DNA of 64,000 nt, from contig OZ024760.1 of the NCBI GenBank assembly GCA_964016885.1, forward strand, positions 34,906,001-34,970,000. Direction: 5' to 3'. Below are positions 59,476 to 64,000 of the stretch, piece by piece; the stretch's first letter is position 1, and each line of letters starts with the position of its first letter. The position numbers were made by a program, and so were the translations under genes. The DNA is from Eledone cirrhosa. Taxonomy: Eukaryota. The notes beneath the pieces are model-generated. The model was not told the DNA's origin. It saw nothing but the letters and a program-made list of their open reading frames with translations, and did not search any database.

Positions 59476-59510
59476 ATATTTATATATATATTTATATTTA
59501 TATATATATT

Positions 59511-59741
<231 letters not shown>

Positions 59742-59789
59742 TTATTTATATATATATTTATATATATATTTATTTATATATATATATAT

Positions 59790-60380
59790 ATATTGTTATA
59801 CTTTGGGAGGGTCATGTTGCCAATAAGAAACACACGCACCAGTTGCTTTCACTTCAATTTATTATATATTTATAAATTTATAAATTTACAAATTTACAAA
59901 CCTATAAATTTCTGGTTGGTTGGTTGGTTCCACAACCAGATAGTTGTTTATATATAGTCATAGTCCTTTCGTCACACACTCTGTGACCTCTTCAGTGACT
60001 GGGGATTCCTTTCTTCGTTTCTGTGCCTTTCCTTTCTTCTATCCTACGCCATTTTGAAACAAAATGGCGTAGGATAGAAGAAAGGAAAGGCACAGAAACG
60101 AAGAAAGGAATCCCCAGTCACTGAAGAGGTCACAGAGTGTGTGACGAAAGGACTATGACTATATATAAACAACTATCTGGTTGTGGAACCAACCAACCAA
60201 CCAGAAATTTATAGGTTTGTAAATTTGTAAATTTATAAATTTATAAATATATAATAAATTGAAGTGAAAGCAACTGGTGCGTGTGTTTCTTATTGGCAAC
60301 ATGACCCTCCCAAAGTATAACAATATCGGTTTCAACACACGATTTCAGATGAAGAATCTTGCTAAACAAATTCAGAAACG
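59790..60380. mobile_element. Family A fold-back element, copy 4 (near-perfect palindrome, centre ~60058)
   Basis: cgccattttg-aaa-caaaatggcg turn; hammerheads at 59956-60000 (-) and 60116-60160 (+). Confidence 0.88.
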
Positions 60381-60397
60381 AAATATATATATATATT

Positions 60398-60457
<60 letters not shown>

Positions 60458-60461
<4 letters not shown>

Positions 60462-60759
60462 AGGTGGGTTTTATTGTAGTACAATAAAGCAATGCAGATA
60501 TCGGATAACAAGCACTCTACAGTTTGTAGGACTGGAGTATACATAATACATAAGAACAAAAGATGGTTAAAAGAGTTCCATGTATTTTATTATGCGCATA
60601 TGTTGATTTAAAACTGCACTATCCACAAGTGTTTTTTAACCTTCATATCATGTCTTCCTGTTTTATCTGATGAAAACACAAATATTATTGCATGATGATA
60701 TTTGTTTTTGAAATGCGCATAATAAAATACATGGAACTCTTTTAACCATCTTTTGTTCT

Positions 60760-60761
<2 letters not shown>
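60458..60761. mobile_element. Family E short fold-back copy
   Basis: Same two outer termini as 23036-25713; hammerhead at 60659-60729 (+). Confidence 0.85.
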
Positions 60762-60826
<65 letters not shown>

Positions 60827-60828
<2 letters not shown>

Positions 60829-61047
60829 CGAGTTGACATTGCACTCAGTGCTCCTTTGGGAGCCCCTACATGGACACACTAGAAGAGGAAGACGAAGGTT
60901 AACATATGTTGATGCCCTAAGGACAGACACTGGTCTGTTGGAGATGCAGGATATGGCAGCGATAATGAGGGACAGAGACCGCTGGAGAGAACTCGTCCAT
61001 GGATCTCGGGAATTTTACCCGCCTTAGATAGATAGATAGATAGATAA
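60827..61047 (+). mobile_element. LINE (RTE-like) 3' end with an (AGAT)n tail
   Basis: VLLWEPLHGHTRRGRRRLTYVDAL...MRDRDRWRELV. Confidence 0.75.
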
Positions 61048-61214
61048 CGAAGGAATTGTGGTAAGGAACCAGATGGACCATAACACACCAGAGTACTCAA
61101 TACTTAGAGTAGTAGAGTGGGTAATAGGAAAACATGACCCCGACGGCAGAGCTCAAGTCGTTTCGACGGCTATTTCTGGACTGAGTTCAGAAATAGCCGC
61201 CCCGCCCACACGTC

Positions 61215-61360
61215 GAAGCTGCATAAGTTTGTTCAACTTATAATAAAAAAAAGAAGTAGGATTTCGCTTCAAGCATAGCTTTATACAATATGTATAAATA
61301 TTTTGTATCTCCAAAGAAATACGGTTTTTTATTATAAGTTGAGCCAGCTTATGCAGCTTC
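61215..61360. repeat. Short inverted repeat (~37-bp arms), MITE-like
   Basis: gaagctgcataagtttgttcaacttataataaaaaa / ttttttattataagttgagccagcttatgcagcttc. Confidence 0.6.
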
Positions 61361-61430
61361 ATATGCAAATGAGATTAATCAGCTTATTTACACAGACGAG
61401 AAAAGTATATATTCTCGCATGTCTTCTAGT

Positions 61431-61520
61431 CCAGCAGTCGCAAGCGGTGGGAAGGACCGTCCTGGCGAAGGCCAGTTAAGCCTGAAATGCATAGACGGTT
61501 GTCCCCCTTGCTTCTGCTGG
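61431..61520 (+). ncRNA. Hammerhead ribozyme variant (A6G core) with an extended, bulged helix I (family K)
   Basis: GACCGUC CUGGCGA AGGC caguuaa GCCU GAAA UGCA UA GACGGUU, closed by GGGA/UCCC, GCAAG/CUUGC and CCAGCAG/CUGCUGG. Confidence 0.75.
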
Positions 61521-61856
61521 GCATTACCAGAGGGCGTTAGCCCCCCCCCCCCCCCCACCGACCATTATAATAAATGTTCGGTGAATCCATACGTACATAT
61601 ATATATGTGTGCATGTATGTATATATATATACATACTACTGTACATCTGTATACATATATGTATGTACGTATACATACTTATATTTAAGTAACAGCCGTA
61701 CTAAGAGTGAGAAATAAAATTTTGTTTCATTTTTTCCGTTTATATATATATATTTATATATATTTACATATATATATATTTATATATATATATATTTATA
61801 TATGTATATATATATATATATAAATATATATATATATAAATATATATATATAAATA

Positions 61857-62325
61857 TACAATATTAAATAAATGGAAAACTATATTTATAAAACCATATT
61901 TATTTCATTATATATATTTCGGGGATATCATATTAACAATATGCTATGCCTTCATCAGACAAAATACAATATAAACAGTTTTATAGATAAATATATTCGA
62001 CATACCGTAATAAACATCAACTTCATTTGAAGAGGTTTACGCTAGCAGTGAAAATACAGAGAGAAAGAAAGAGAGAGAGAAAAGAGGGAAATAAGAAAGA
62101 AAGAAAGACAAAACGAAGAAAAGGAAGAAAAAGAAAAAGAAAAAGAAGAAATGCATGGGACAAAATAGAGAGATGGAAAAATAGATAAAGCGAAGAGCTT
62201 CATGTAAAGAGACAGAAAGAGATATATATATATAGAGAGAGAGAGGAAATAGAGATAGATACATATATATATATAGAAAATTAGGTAGTGGGAGGTCATT
62301 TTAAGTAAGTGTATCAATGATGCAT

Positions 62326-62360
<35 letters not shown>

Positions 62361-64000
62361 GCTCAAGTATTAATGTAAGGGAGATATATAGAGAGATATA
62401 GAGAGATATAGAGAGAGAAAAAATTTAAAAATAGCCAGACATATTCGAGGCGTAGAAAACCCTATGTTTTAATGTATTAGTATTTATAAAACTTACACTA
62501 TATTGTAAATATCAGTATTCCTGAATGAAACAAGTATTCACAATGCGTGAAAATTCATTATCTTATGTTTAGTTTTTTAAAAATTCATATGTCTATGTGA
62601 CAGCTACAAACATCAATGTGAATCCAACTGATTCACTCCGCAAATTCTAAGTTACCGGAAAACATTCTCAATGTGGTATAAAAATTTGAGCGTATTATTA
62701 TTCTTGCGATTACTCTACAAGATTATCTATCAAGCAGAAATAGAGAGCAGATTTCAATATACTAATCGAAAATATATATTATATTATAAACAAAGATAAC
62801 AATAATAATGATAATAAGTAAAAATATATAAAAATATAGAATAGAAAACTAAAAAAATATTACGAAAGAATATTACATAATAAAAATATTGCATATTAAA
62901 AATACTACGTATTAAAAATATTACGTATTAAAAATTTACATATAAAAATATTAAAAATAAAAATTTACATTTAAAATGTAGTATATTTAGTTTGATTTAT
63001 ATTTATATGAGAACTAGCCGATAAATCTTTTGATTCCTAAATCTTTGATTCCCTCTTTTTACTCTTTTTATTGTTTATTTTATTTTATTTATTTTTATTT
63101 TTATCTAAACATTCCTCATGAAAAATTAAGCTACCCTAAAAGCCGATGCTCCAAATTTTTTGAATTAACCTTACACTAGATAAACTTATATATTAAATAT
63201 AGGAACATATGTAGACATTATTGGACATCATAATCTTTTTTGCGATATTCCTTGCTAGATGTGATTTGATAGATAATTTTTGGCTTTGTCTTGTAATGAA
63301 CTTGGCAATATATTGTCAATTAACTTTGAAGGGTTGTTCTTTGTGGTTTATTTTTATTTTTATTTTTATTTTTATTTTTATTTTTATTTTTATTTTTATT
63401 TTTATTTTTATTTTTATTTTTATTCTTTTAGTATTGTAGTATTCTATAATATTTTTATTTTTTATTTTTTATTTTATTTTATTTTATTTTATTTTTAATA
63501 TTTTTATATGTAAATTTTTATTTTTAATATTTTTATATGTAAATTTTTATTTTTAATATTTTTATATGTAAATTTTTAATACGTAATATTTTTAATACGT
63601 AGTATTTTTAATATGCAATATTTTTATTATGTAATATTCTTTCGTAATATTTTTTTAGTTTTCTATTCTATATTTTTATATATTTTTACTTATTATCATT
63701 ATTATTGTTATCTTTGTTTATAATATAATATATATTTTCGATTAGTATATTGAAATCTGCTCTCTATTTCTGCTTGATAGATAATCTTGTAGAGTAATCG
63801 CAAGAATAATAATACGCTCAAATTTTTATACCACATTGAGAATGTTTTCCGGTAACTTAGAATTTGCGGAGTGAATCAGTTGGATTCACATTGATGTTTG
63901 TAGCTGTCACATAGACATATGAATTTTTTAAAAACTAAACATAAGATAGTGTAAGTTTTATAAATACTAATACATTAAAACATAGGGTTTTCTACGCCTC
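61857..64000. mobile_element. Large fold-back running off the window: family D end at 61857-62050; arms 62447-~62965 and ~63530-64000
   Basis: The last bases of the window are the reverse complement of 62447 onward. Joining this with the family D end is inferred. Confidence 0.7.

Noticed and set aside
61140-61202. Hammerhead in family J
   Set aside because: A hairpin followed by GAAAC is present, but no CUGANGA half is visible in any of the three copies.

Overview
Eukaryotic, very AT-rich genomic DNA, most likely from a coleoid cephalopod such as an octopus. This is inferred from the SINE/RTE repeat types and the huge (TA)n fields, not from a database match. Bases 726-8222 (+) hold the last eight coding exons of an SGK-family (serum/glucocorticoid-regulated) AGC kinase, followed by a repeat-laden 3' UTR. 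The remaining ~53 kb is a (TA)n microsatellite sea containing many insertions: a nearly intact RTE-clade LINE with one nonsense codon, other RTE fragments, and tRNA-derived SINEs. It also contains about a dozen distinct families of fold-back (inverted-repeat) elements. About ten of these families carry a type I hammerhead ribozyme motif or a decayed form of it (roughly 25-30 motif copies). Two families retain GIY-YIG endonuclease coding remnants, which identifies them as Penelope-like retroelement (PLE) 3' ends or pseudo-LTRs. They share one architecture: a short arm ending at a fixed family-specific point, a long arm with an extra 3' tail, and a variable turn-around point. Several ribozymes are unusual (U4C or A6G cores, a ~115-nt helix II domain, an extended helix I). 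Almost all ORFs in the supplied track are microsatellite artefacts.
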